DNA from: Octopus sinensis | Lineage: Eukaryota | Direction of reading: 5' to 3' | Length of the DNA: 64,000 bases | Assembly: GCF_006345805.1 (NCBI RefSeq) | Contig: NC_043004.1 | Span: 90,086,001-90,150,000 of the forward strand | In this document: positions 14,040 through 27,340 of the stretch, piece by piece | Numbering within the stretch: the stretch's first letter is position 1 | Layout: the number at the start of each line of letters is the position of its first letter | Program-made: the position numbers and the translations under genes | Notes under the pieces: model-generated | What the model saw: the letters and a program-made list of their open reading frames with translations, nothing else | Database searches by the model: none | What the model was told of the DNA's origin: nothing

Positions 14040-14470
14040 AGGCATTATTAATGTAATAAATCTTCAAAACATCCTTCCTGACATATAAAATGTTTTGTGT
14101 CAGGGTACATTCTGCCAAGGGTGGTTTGGTCTTCTGTAGCACATCACCAATCAGTATGGTCCTCCCATCTTCTCCATCAACCACCTCACCAACAACAACA
14201 CTGAACACCTTTTTGATTTCCATGTGTCCAACACACGTGGACATGCCTACAAAGTCAGAAAACAGCACAGCTCCCATGACTTTCGGAAACATTTTTTCAC
14301 GCTCAGAGTTGCTGAAGCATGGAACAAACTGCCTGCGTCAGTTGTTGACTGCCATGACACTGCATCCTTTAAGGCCCTCATGCTTTCCGAAATCCGCCGA
14401 AACTACACCTGATTATATATACACTTTAGATGAGTTGTAGTGCACCTGAGCACTGTACACAATGCTTTTA
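14040..14470 (+). mobile_element. CR1/L2-type LINE 3' fragment
   Basis: SNTRGHAYKVRKQHSSHDFRKHFFTLRVAEAWNKLPASVV; (TTA)n tail. Confidence 0.8.
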
Positions 14471-14829
14471 TTATTATTATTATTATCAGCTGCAGCTTAT
14501 CCATCATTACTTCACCCCAAGTCTTCCTTGGTCTCTCTTTTCTCCAAGTTTCACTAATTTGGAGTGCTTGGCACTTACAAGTGCAGCAACCATCTTACAT
14601 ATGCATCACATGCTCATACAAGCACAACCTTCTCTCTTGTACACAACATCTGATTCCTCGGATACCAATTTTTCTCTCTGATAGTCTTTATGCACATTAC
14701 ACATCCATTGAGGCATGCTCGCCTCATTTCTTTCTATTTTTTGCAGTCATGGTTTGCATTTCACTACCATACACCATTACAAGTGTCACATAGGATGTAA
14801 CAATAAATTCTAAATGAAAAATATTGATA

Positions 14830-15221
14830 GGCGCAGGAGTGGCTGTGTGGTAAGTAGCTTGCTAACCAGCCACATGGTTCCGGGTTCAGTCCCACTGCGA
14901 GGCATCTTGGGCAAGTGTCTTCTGCTATAGCCCCGGGCCGACCAAAGCCTTGTGAGTGGATTTGGTAGATGGAAACTGAAAGAAGCCTGTCATATATATG
15001 TAAATATATGTATGTGTGTGTTTGTCCCCCTAGCATTGCTTGACAACCGATACTGGTGTGTTTACGTCCCCGTCACCTAGCGGTTCAGCAAAATAGACCG
15101 ATAGAATAAGTACTGGGCTTACAAAGAATAAGTCCCGGGGTTGATTTGCTCGACTAAAAGGCGGTGCTCCAGCATGGCCGCAGTCAAATGACTGAAACAA
15201 GTAAAAGAGTAAAAGAGAGAG
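14830..15221 (+). mobile_element. SINE family A
   Basis: Matches the 10337 copy. Confidence 0.85.
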
Positions 15222-15735
15222 TATCATTGTGAATGAAGTCGTTGTATTCCTTGATCAGTGAGCCAATGAATGAAAAACGTTGCCCTAGGCTTTCTAGCAA
15301 AGGAATTGGAGACTTTAGAACTGTGTCTAATTTTTGCAATGGCACTGTCTTCTCGACACCACTTTGGTTATTAATGAGAGACCTCGTACAGTTCTGGAGA
15401 CGTTCGTTTTCTGATTCCAGTGTAAGTTATTGCCTTGAGAGAGGTGCTGCTGCTGATTCTGGAAGTATTTTAGCTTTTGTTTCCTGTTAACTCTATTTTC
15501 CTGATGAGTGATTTTTTTTTCTCAAGAGATCCTGCATCTATGTTTGCAGGGCATGATGGGATGCGATTTGCACATATGTGAATAAGTGTCCTCAAATAGC
15601 TACCAAGACATTTTTATATTGGAGGGAGGAAGAGTGAAAGACCAGTCAACAAGTGATAGGTCATGTGTAATTGTACTCCTGTTCACTTTATGTCAGTCCA
15701 TGTTACCAAATGGGTGTACAAGAAAAATATTAATA

Positions 15736-15969
15736 GGCGCAGGAGTGGCTGTGTGGTAAGTAGCTTGCTAACCAACCACATGGTTCCGGGTTCAGTCACA
15801 CTGTGTGGCATCTTGGTCAAGTGTCTTCTGCTATAGCCCCGGGCCGACCAATGCCTTGTGAGTGGATTTGGTAGACGGAAACTGAAAGAAGCCTGTTGTA
15901 TATATATGTATATATATATATGTATTTGTGTGTCTGTGTTTGTCCCTCTAGCATTGCTTGACAACCGAT
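15736..15969 (+). mobile_element. SINE family A, 3'-truncated
   Basis: Head and body match the family. Confidence 0.8.
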
Positions 15970-16271
15970 GATGAAAAGTAAGGCTACAATGTACCTTATC
16001 ATAGTATGACAGGTGTTTTTGTCAACAGAGATATTTCAAACAGTGCCAGTATAGATACTCAACACTATATCCAAAGCACTTTTGTTGTGCTTTGTTGACT
16101 GAAACATGAATCAGGAAAGAGGAAAACAAATCATTCATAAATTTAGAAAGTGTTTCTACTGCTGCTTTGTCCAAGAATAAGGCATAAATTCCTGTTTTCA
16201 CAATATGCAGAGACCAACCCATAAAGGGAAGGTCGAAGTCACCCGTTGGTTAAATTTGTTGGGGAGCTGAT

Positions 16272-16618
16272 ACTCTTTACTCTTTTACTCTTTTCAGTCA
16301 AATCGACCCCGGGACTTATTCTTTGTAAGCCCAGTACTTATTCTATCGGTCTCTTTTGCCGAACCGCTAAGTGACGGGGACATAAACACACCAGCATCGG
16401 TTGTCAAGCAATGCTAGGGGGACAAACACACACACACACATATATATATACATATATACGACGGGTTTCTTTCAGTTTCCGTCTACCAAATCCACTCACA
16501 AGGCATTGGTCGGCCCGGGGCTATAGCAGAAGACATTTGCCCAAGATGCCACGCAGTGGGGACTGAACCCAGAACCATGTGGTTGGTTAGCAAGCTACTT
16601 ACCACACAGCCACTCCTG
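16272..16618 (-). mobile_element. SINE family A
   Basis: Reverse-complement match. Confidence 0.85.
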
Positions 16619-17228
16619 TAAACAGTAAATTTATCTTAATGTAAACTATAAATTCCTGAGGATTTGCCTTGATGAATCCTGAAAATAACCCTCATGATCA
16701 TTTCAACTTGAGAAGGAAATAGCTCCAACAGCAATAATATCATCGTGTTAAATTTGTTGGAGCGCAGATAAATAAGAGTATCATTTTTTGGTTGGTTGTG
16801 TCTCTTAATTATGCATCTGATATCTGGAAGGTGGACAAAAGGGACAGTCATGTTCCCTCATGTAGACAATTGTAACAGATTTTGAGATTCCATTTTATTC
16901 ATATTGGTAGAATGTTCCAGAGATGATTTGGGCAGTGTTGCTGTAGGGGTGGCATAGACTGCAGGTTGAGGGTATGCCCTGGCTATTGGATGAGTTGGAT
17001 TTAGGGGAAATGTAGTATCAGTAGACATGTTGTTGAACTGAGATAGAGAAGAAGGAAAGAGTGATGTCTTCATACTGGGAGAGATAGTAGTAGAGCAATA
17101 GCAGCAACAGATGATGCTGATGGTAATGATAGTAATGTTGATGAGTACAGAGGTTAACCATGAAAGTGAATGTAGTAATTGAGCAATGGAGGGAATGTGC
17201 TGTGCCAGCAATGATAGAATGGGGAGCT

Positions 17229-17462
17229 ATATTTCTTTACTAGCCACACAAGGGGCTAAACACAGAGGGGACAAACAAGGACAGACAAACGGATTAAGTC
17301 GATTACATCGACCCTGGTGCGTAACTGGTACTTAATTTATCGACCCCGAAAGGATGAAAGGCAAAGTCGACCTCGGCAGAATTTGAACCCAGAACGTAAC
17401 AGCAGACGAAATACGGCTACGCATTTCGCCCGGCGTGCTAACATTTCTGCCAGTTCGCCGCC
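17229..17462 (-). mobile_element. SINE family B
   Basis: Reverse complement of the 11074 copy. Confidence 0.85.
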
Positions 17463-19231
17463 TTAATGGGGAAGTATAAGGCCACAGAAGTCAGAGCTAT
17501 GTAGATTGTTTTTGATCTTGTTGCTGAACTGTACCAGACATTGTTTGTTTTTTTGTTTTTACTAAGACAGAAGGCTCCATTTTAGTCTGTTTCAATTTGT
17601 CTGGCTAATCAATTATTTAAAAGTGAGACAATTTTCACAACTATAAAACATGATATATGTATAACCTCTGTCAATTTTACTCTCTGACCAGTTACGTTTA
17701 TCATAGACATGAGAATTATTCATCATGATGTGGGATTCAGTAATAATATTCACTAAGTGAATTTTCTGTTTATTTATCATTAATCTTATAATTGAATGTT
17801 TCTTTCCTGATTTCAATTATTTTGGAGAGATGCGTAGATTCAAAACAGACAAATGCATAACAGTATTGAAAGTTGTTTTGCATACTACATTGTAAAAGGG
17901 AAAAAAATTAAGGCTTTTGTTTATGGGTTAACGTTCATCAAATATAAATATGCAAAGCTTTATGTAATCCCCATTTTATTCTTTGTATGAGAATATAAGG
18001 GAAAATTTGTTGTACATTTGCTCTGGAAAACTGAGAATGTTCATTGACTGTGTGTGTAAAAATAAGAGATGGACGCTTTGGGTTTCAGAATATTTTATAC
18101 TTGAAAATTATTCAACCAAAGGAATCTCTACAGTTTGCAATTCTGATTTGAAGAGAGCAGTAAAATGTTTGTTTGGTCTGCTAAGTATCTCTACTATTAC
18201 AAGGACTGTAGCATAATAGATAAACATATAGAAATTTTATACTGATGAAAAGTATAAAGAAGAAACAGAAGAGATAAGTCTGAATCACGTGTGACATCAA
18301 AAAATATTGTCTACCTCGCTAGACAAGCTGATAAGTCAAAGATACATTCTAATAATTTCTTTTGTTTCGACTAACCAAAAATACACATCTGATCAACTTA
18401 CACATTTGTTTCTACCAGTGAAGGGAGTTTATAAGTAGATTCAATAGAAGCAAATCAATATTCATTCAGATTATATAAAACACAGTTACCTCCCATGTAC
18501 CATAAACACTTATTTAGTAAAATCTATTTTATAAGCTGAAAATATACCTATAAAATACATTTTTATTATCTTTCTATCCTTCATAATATAATAATCACTA
18601 AAATGTGATTATGACAAAAATTTAATCTGGTCCTAAATTAGAAATTTATTTTGCATATTGGGTCTTCCTCCATATATGGACCCAAAAATATGAAAGAGTT
18701 TCGCCTGGAACAGAATTAAATTTCAAATTTTTCACTAAATATAACTAAACTCACTTCTAAGGCCTCAGAAATAATGCCTGAGTAAGTCCTTGAGCATTAG
18801 GGCAAAGTAAAATATCTTACCTACTCAAGCCTATCAAAGTTTTACTGTCAACTTAGTAATGGAATGAGCATCTATCAAACAATACTTGTCACACAATTCC
18901 TGTATCAATTTACAAATTTATTCAACAGGCTATCAGAAAGCAACGGCATTTTATTATTCCTTTCATTTATTATTAAAGCTAATAAATATATTTTAATTTA
19001 AATTTATAGTAACAGCATTCAATTTGAAATTTTGATTTTAATTCTATTTGGTATTTTTACCAACATTTAATCTGGCCACCACCACTACCATCATCATTTA
19101 ACGTCTGCCTTCCATGCTGGCATGGCTTGCACAAGCCAGCCCAATATTCCACGTATTCTATATTAAAACAGACCACATCCAACCTCTCACACCTATCCTA
19201 CAAGGTCATTCTAAAAATATGCCAACATACA

Positions 19232-19630
19232 AGGAGTGGCTGTGTGGTAAGTAGCTTGCTAACCAACCACATGATTCCGGGTTCAGTCCCACTGCGTGGC
19301 ATCTTGGGCAAGTGTCTTCTGCTATAGCCCCGGGCCGACCAATGCCTTATGAGTGGATTTGGTAGACGGAAACTGAAAGAAGCCCGTCGTATATATGTAT
19401 ATATATATATATATATGTATGTGCATGTTTGTGTGTCTGTGTTTGTCCCCCTAGCATTGCTTGACAACAGATGCTGGTGTGTTTACGTCCCCGTCACTTA
19501 GCGGTTCGGCAAAAGAGACCGATAGAATAAGTACTGGGCTTACAAAGAATAAGTCCCGGGGTCGAGTTGCTCGACTAAAAGCGGTGCTCCAGCATGGCCG
19601 CAGTCAAATGACTGAAACAAGTAAAAGAGT
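19232..19630 (+). mobile_element. SINE family A
   Basis: Matches the 10337 copy. Confidence 0.85.
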
Positions 19631-19962
19631 ATAGAGTATACCATTGAAATCTTGAAGCTACAAGATAATGCGTGATAAATTCAAAACAATGTGAATAAGT
19701 AAGCAATACACTTGACAAAGAAATCTGAATACTAAAGGGTTAATTTAAAATTATATGAACTGCATTCGATTTGGAATATTGTAGCCCCAAGCTAAATTTT
19801 ACTGATTACTTTCAAATAATAATTGTAAAGTAACTAGACGGTTCAAACTTGATTGCTGAAATATCTGTTGTTGAATGAACGTTTGTTACACAACTTTTAT
19901 AATAATACGTTTATATATTTGTTGTGCAAGATTTTTTTATGTGAAGTCGTGTGTTGAAACAG

Positions 19963-20361
19963 ATATTGTTATATTTAGGAATGGTCATTTTGCCAGTTTA
20001 GCCAATAAAAACACACACACTATATATTTGGTGTTACTTTGCTTCAGTGTTATTTATTTTTTACATTAATCTTATTTTATTTCGGCCAGAGTTCTTTCGT
20101 CACACTCCTGTGACCGCATCAGTGGTCCTTTGTTTTCTTCTTTCTTATTTGTGTCTCTCCTTACTAACCATCAGCCAACAAAGAAGAAAACAAAGGACCA
20201 CTGATGCGGTCACAGGAGTGTGACGAAAGAACTCTGGCCAAAATAAGAATAAGATTAATGTAAAAAATAAATAACACTGAAGCAAAGTAACACCAAATAT
20301 ATAGTGCGTGTGTTTTTATTGGCTAAACTGGTAAAATGACTATTCCGAAATATAACAATAT
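19963..20361. repeat. Near-perfect palindrome, 181-bp arms (19963-20143 / 20180-20361), 36-nt spacer
   Basis: Direct reverse-complement reading shows only a few mismatches. Confidence 0.95.
20084..20239. ncRNA. Two hammerhead-like folds, one per strand, inside the 19963-20361 palindrome
   Basis: GGACCA-CUGAUGCG-GUCACA-GGAG-UGUGAC-GAAA-GAACUC-UGGCC at 20195-20239 (+) and 20128-20084 (-). Perfect 6-bp helix II, but A9 is replaced by C. Confidence 0.4.
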
Positions 20362-20730
20362 TTTATAATAATAGTTTTACTTAGTCTCTTGTTATGTGAA
20401 CATTTATGGTATGTAACCCATAACTTTATATTCCAGGCGTGACTTTTTCCATAACTGGCCACATTCCTAAAGGAGTATATCTCCCAAAACTTTCATATAA
20501 CATGAGGCCAATTAAGCTAACATTTTGAATATTTATATTTATAAACTTAAGGATCCATGGAAATGAATGGAGAGAGAAATAAACTGCTTTTTTATATAAA
20601 GAAAACCAAAAGACAAAAAATTTAATATATTGCCCAACATTCAATTAAAATAACACTGTAATATCAGTAAAATTAGAAAAGATTTGTAAAGGGTGAACTA
20701 AAATGATACAGAAAATGTCTTTGGTAATGC

Positions 20731-20736
20731 TTTATT
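20731..20736 (-). promoter_or_regulatory. Candidate polyadenylation signal AATAAA for UBE2E
   Basis: Minus-strand AATAAA about 500 nt after the stop, following a U-rich stretch. Usage unverified. Confidence 0.45.
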
Positions 20737-21234
20737 TATAAAAAAAAAAAAATTGTTTTGTTTTGTTTTTTGCTTTTGTTTGTTTTTTTTTGTTTTTTAA
20801 TAGTGTCAAGCTGCCAGCAGATCAAATGTTATTGATGTTGGTCTAGAAAATTTCATTTGTCTGTCTGGTAATGACAGTTTGATTACAACTGTGGTCATTG
20901 TAGCTAGACATATATTGCCAGTGGAAGTGGACAATTAAGCAAGCAATGCATCTACATTTCACTGATAACCACATTTAGCATCAAGTTCATTGACCAGATA
21001 CAAATGATGGACAGAGGAAGGATTTCTCCTGATTTCTTTTATATTTTTAGTCATCACAATCAGTAGTTCTCTTCTCATGTCTTCTTCATTGAAGAGATAA
21101 GCCATGTGCTCTGACAGAGTTTGCAGTGAGCTTAACAATCATTACAGATAACATCTCACCATTAGACATCTGTCTTTATCAATTCAGAGTTCATAATATG
21201 GCTGGAGGGTTTGCTCACAGCCATACAGCCACCA

Positions 21235-21531
<297 letters not shown>

Positions 21532-22230
21532 TTAATTAAATGAAAATGGATAATTTCTGGAGTAACTTTTATTTTTATTTTCATTTATTTGTATTCATGT
21601 ATACTTCATTAGAACTCATGAAATTTGTGCACTGGTGTAATTTACACACGTTATTTTCAGGATAAAATTTGTTAAAAAAAAAGCTTCTACTCACATAAAA
21701 TTCACACCCATAAGTTTTCAGAATTGCCGATATAGTCAAGGGAAAAAGCTTTTCAATTTAGTTATATTTAGCATAATTTCACTTCCTTATGATTAGATTT
21801 TATTAAATTTTCATTGAATAAAAATAATTTCTATTTAACAGGTATCACATTGAAAACTATTAAATTACAAAGTGTTTGTGTTGTTTATAATAAACTTTAT
21901 TTTACATTTCTCGCCCAGAAGAGATTATGTCTGATCTTTAGCATACTGCTGTATGACTTCTCAAATCACAATCACAAGAAAAGTTGTTGATAAGAATTAC
22001 CAACAAAAACAAAGCTGATAAATATGCACAGGTATTACAAATTAAGTTTAATTACCAATAAACATCAGCTTGGATGACACTTTACTCAACCGACAGAGGG
22101 AGGTGACCGATCAAACTTATTATGCAAACAGAATGCTTTTCTGCCTATTCTTTGATATAAAGTATCAAAATTTTAATCCCTTTCGCACTTATAAAATGTC
22201 AAGCAAACTTTAAAATTTGTCATTACCATT

Positions 22231-22410
22231 ATGGTCAGTATAGGCAGAACTTATGAATCGTTTACTGTGAAGGTGAAATTAAATATGTTGAATATGCATT
22301 TGAACATGGCAATAGAGATGCCAGAAGGCATTTTAATGTTAATGAAGCCAATATTCGAAATTGGCATAAACAGTACGACAAACTTAAAACTATGCCTAGC
22401 GATAAACAGA
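22231..22410 (+). mobile_element. pogo-family transposase N-terminal (Brinker-like HTH) relic
   Basis: RTYESFTVKVKL...RDARRHFNVNEANIRNWHKQ across a frameshift. Confidence 0.5.
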
Positions 22411-22888
22411 CAAAAACAATAACAAACAATCAAGATTATCCATTTCATTACATTTTTCCCATCAGGAAAATCCATATCACTATGTAATGTCAATGGTGCT
22501 CCATTGTGATACGTGGAAGACTCCAAGCAATGTAAAATATGGCCCAGACCGTGTTTACCAGCATGAACATCAGACTTCAAAAACTTGTTAACCATTTAAT
22601 GGTTTTAGTAAATTTATAGAGAAAAAGCAAGCAGTATACCACCCAGCATAAAAGTCAACTTCATTATATGTATTCAACCCATTATTTTTTTCTGTAAAAA
22701 CCTATTCTGACATTAAATGAGCCAACTTCTGGTACAAATGTTTACATTTTGTACGTCTTTTTGCAACAAAAAAATTTTCAAAAGAATTCTGGAAAATGAT
22801 CTACTCATGTAATTTACGTATCCACTAAAGTTTATTTTTATTTTTGCAAAAAAAATGTGTAAATTACATGGGTTTTATGGTGTATATA

Positions 22889-22925
<37 letters not shown>

Positions 22926-22927
22926 GA

Positions 22928-24362
22928 CGACCCTGCTGACAACCTTGCTCTAATTGCTATCAGAACTGGTGGAGAAGTTTCAAGTGTGGAAACAAGGATT
23001 AGAATCAAAGTCCTAATAAGTAGGAAGGCAGGCAAACTACAAATCCCTTCGGTAGATGGCCCTGCACGATCTGTAGAAAAGGCGTAGGTAGGAAATCTAT
23101 AAGATGTACCCAGTGTAAGCTATGGACACATAAGAGGTGCAGTAATATCAAAGGAAGGCTAACTGGGAAGATAGTTTTTGTATGTGGCAGATGCTCAGGA
23201 GCAATAAACACTGAAAATGTGCAGAGAACAACTTCTGCTACATTCCATGGAGAAAAACTAGAAGTAGTTGATAGCTTCCGTTATCTAGGTGACCAAGTCA
23301 GTAACGGGGGACGGTGCACTGATAGTGTAGCTGCTAGAAAAAGAATAGCCTGGGCTAAGTTCAGAGAGCTCTTACCTCTGCTGGTGATAAAGGACCTCTC
23401 GCTCAGAGTAAAAGGTAGACTGTATGACGCATGAGTACAAACAGCCATGCTACATGGCAGTGAAACATAGGCCGTGACTGTTGAGGACATGCGTAAGCTC
23501 GCAAGGAATGAAGCCAGTATGCTCTGATGGATGTGAAATGTCAGTGTGCATACTTGACAGAGTGTTAGTACCTTGAGAGAAAAGTTGGACCTAAGAAGCA
23601 TCTGATACGGTGTGCAAGAGGGACAACTGCGCTGGTATGGCCATGTGGCAAGAATAGATGTGGATAGCTGTGTGAAAAAGTGCCACACCCTAGCGATTGA
23701 GGGAACCTGTGGAAGAGGTAGACCCAGAAAGACCTGGGATGAGGTGGTGAAGCATGATCATCGAACATTGGGCCTCACCAAGGCAATGACTAGTGACCGG
23801 GACCTTTAGATATATGCTGTGCTCGAGAAGACTCGGCAAGCTCAAGTGAGACCGTAACCTTGTGGCCTATGCCTGGGGTATAACCAGCCCACTTATGCAT
23901 ACCTTTCCTTCATTGGACACTAAACTCTGCTTGTGAAGACCTATTGAGGCAAGTGAAATCGAAATCAAATTCAATGAAGGGCATCCATGCTAGTGGAGCG
24001 CTAAGAGTACCATACGAGTGTGATCGTTGCCAGAGCAACAAGCTGGCCTCCGTGCCGATGGCACGTAAAAAGCACCATTTGAGCGGAATCGTTACCTGCG
24101 TCGCTTTACTGGCACTTGTGCTGGTGGCACATGAAAAAACATTCGAGTGAGGTCATTGCCAGTGCCGCTGGACTGGCTCCTGTGCAGGTGGCACGTAAAA
24201 GCACCCACTACACTCTCAGAGTGGTTGGCATTAGGAAGGGCATCCAGCTGTAGAAACTCTGCCAGATCAAAATTGGAACCTGGTGCAGCCATCTGGTTTG
24301 CCAGTCCTCAGTCAAATCGTCCAACACATGCAAGCATGGAAAGCAGACGTTAAACGATGATG
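22928..24362 (+). mobile_element. 5'-truncated RTE-type LINE (ORF2 C-terminus and 3' UTR)
   Basis: Cys-rich insert (CRKGVGRKSIRCTQCKLWTHKRC), FRYLGDQV, GRGRPRKTWDEVVK; (GAT)n tail; many stops. Confidence 0.9.
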
Positions 24363-24557
24363 ATGATGATATATACATCTATATATATATATATATACAT
24401 ATATATACATACATATATATATATATACATACATATATATATACATACATATAATATATATATACATTATATATATATATACATACATATATATATATAT
24501 ATACATAATATATATATACATAATATATATATACATACATATATATATATACATACA

Positions 24558-24589
<32 letters not shown>

Positions 24590-24601
24590 ATATATACATA
24601 C

Positions 24602-24632
<31 letters not shown>

Positions 24633-24944
24633 CATATATATAATATATATATATATACATATATATACATATATATATATATATAATATATATACATATA
24701 TATACATATATATACATATACATACATATATACATATATAACATATATATATATAGATATATATATATATTATATATATATACAATATATATATATATAT
24801 ATACAATATATACATATATATATATATACATATATATACATATATATATATATACATATATATTATATATATACATATATATACATATATATATATATAT
24901 ACAATATATACATATATATATATATATATTATACATACATATAC

Positions 24945-24977
<33 letters not shown>

Positions 24978-25166
24978 CATACATATACATATATATACTA
25001 CATATATATATATTACATATATATACATATATATATATATATAATATATATATATATATATACATATATATTATATACATATATATACTATATATATATA
25101 TACATATATAATATATATACATATATATCTATATACATATATATATTATACATATATATAATATAC

Positions 25167-25199
<33 letters not shown>

Positions 25200-25258
25200 A
25201 TATATATATATATACATACATATATATATAGATACATATATATACATATATATATATA

Positions 25259-25307
<49 letters not shown>

Positions 25308-25412
25308 ATATATACATACATATATATATATATACATATAATATACATATATATTATATACATATATATAATATATATATATATATATACATATTATATA
25401 TATATATATTAC

Positions 25413-25467
<55 letters not shown>

Positions 25468-25649
25468 CATACATATATATATATTACATATATATACATA
25501 CATATATATATATACATAATATACATACATATTATATATATATATATACATACATATATATATATATACAATATATATACATATATATATATAGACATAT
25601 ATATACATACATATATAATATATATATATAATATACATATATATATACC

Positions 25650-25710
<61 letters not shown>

Positions 25711-25883
25711 CATAATATATATACATATACATATATATATATATACATATATATACATATACATATACATATATATACATATATATATATACTACATATA
25801 TATATATATATACAATATATATATATATATATCTATATACATATATATATTATATATATATATAATATATATAATATATATAT

Positions 25884-25914
<31 letters not shown>
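24363..25914. repeat. ~1.55-kb compound (TA)n/(CATA)n microsatellite array
   Basis: Continuous AT dinucleotide repeat; the I/Y-rich ORFs here are artefacts. Confidence 0.98.
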
Positions 25915-25916
<2 letters not shown>

Positions 25917-26500
25917 CATCATCATCGTTTAACGTCCACTTTCCATGCTAGCATGGGTTGGACGGTTCAACTGGGGTCTGGGAAGCCAGAAGGCTGCACC
26001 AGGCTCCAGTCTGATCTGGCAGTGTTTCTACAGCTGGATGCCCTTCCTAACGCCAACAACTTCGTGAGTGTAGTGGGTGCTTTTTACGTGCCACCGGCAC
26101 AGGTGCCAGACGAGGCTGGCAGTGGCCATGATTGGATGGTGCTTTTTATGTGCCACCGGCACGGAGGCCAGTAGGGGCTGCGCTGGCAACGGCCACGTTC
26201 GGATGGTTCTCTTACGTGCCACTGGCACTGGTATCACAACTACAATTTCCATTGATATTGATCGATTTCGATTTTGATTTTCACTTGCCTCAACAGGTCT
26301 TCACATGTAGAGTTTTGTGTCCCAAGAAGGAAAGGTATGCATAAGTGGACTGGCTACATCCCAGGTAGAGGCCACGGGTTATGGTCTTACTTGGCCTGCC
26401 GGGTCTTCTCATGCACAGTATACTTCCAAAGGTCTCGGTCACTAGTCATTTCCTCGGTGAGCCCTAATGTTCGAAGGTCGTGCTTCACCACCTTGTCCCA
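25915..26500 (-). mobile_element. RTE-type LINE 3' fragment, inverted
   Basis: Reverse complement of the RTE 3' ends; (ATC)n tail abuts the TA array. Confidence 0.85.
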
Positions 26501-26674
26501 TATATATATATATATCTATGCAACTGATGCTGACGGTCCATTTTTGAAGGAGAAAAAAACATAGGCTATAAGGTGGTATGTTTTGTTCAATTTCATATAT
26601 GTTGCTCTTGTCATCATCGTCGCATTGGATAAAATGTTCATCAGATTTCCTGATATTAAGATGAATTATATTCA

Positions 26675-26875
<201 letters not shown>

Positions 26876-27248
26876 TCATCATAATTCTCTAACAGTAATT
26901 TCTCACCTTAATCATTAGAAATTCAATCATGACATGTAAAAAGTATAAATTATTTAAGATAGAATTGCTAACATAGTTATTTACTCATCCAAATTTGGAA
27001 TTATCTTGTTAAAATATTTTGAGGAGTTCAGCACTTATCTGTCTCTGAAAAAAAAACTGTAAAATCTTTGAATATAGTTTTTGATTTAAAAAGTATCTAC
27101 TATCATACTTTCTTTAGTTATATATTTTCAACTATTTTGAATTTTCCAGTTCTTTTTTGCTATGAATCACAATTTGAACTTGTTTATTCCAATATTTTAA
27201 TATGAAATCAAGTCTATGTGTGTATATATGTATATATATGTATATATA

Positions 27249-27326
<78 letters not shown>

Positions 27327-27340
27327 TTTAACATATATAT

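Noticed and set aside
16858-17211. 117-aa Ser/Thr-rich minus ORF
   Set aside because: Low complexity, with no family motif or splice support.
18241-18280. CTGATGA...GAAA motif
   Set aside because: No helix I, II or III pairing; chance match.
23940-24240. Spaced GC-rich repeats (gtgccggtggcacgtaaaaagcacc) resembling a CRISPR array
   Set aside because: Degenerate internal tandem repeats of the RTE 3' UTR, recurring in every copy; eukaryotic context and no cas genes.
24312-25780. Long I/Y/M/C-rich ORFs (up to 247 aa), also at 34908-35587 and 5371-5664
   Set aside because: Translations of (TA)n/(CA)n microsatellites.
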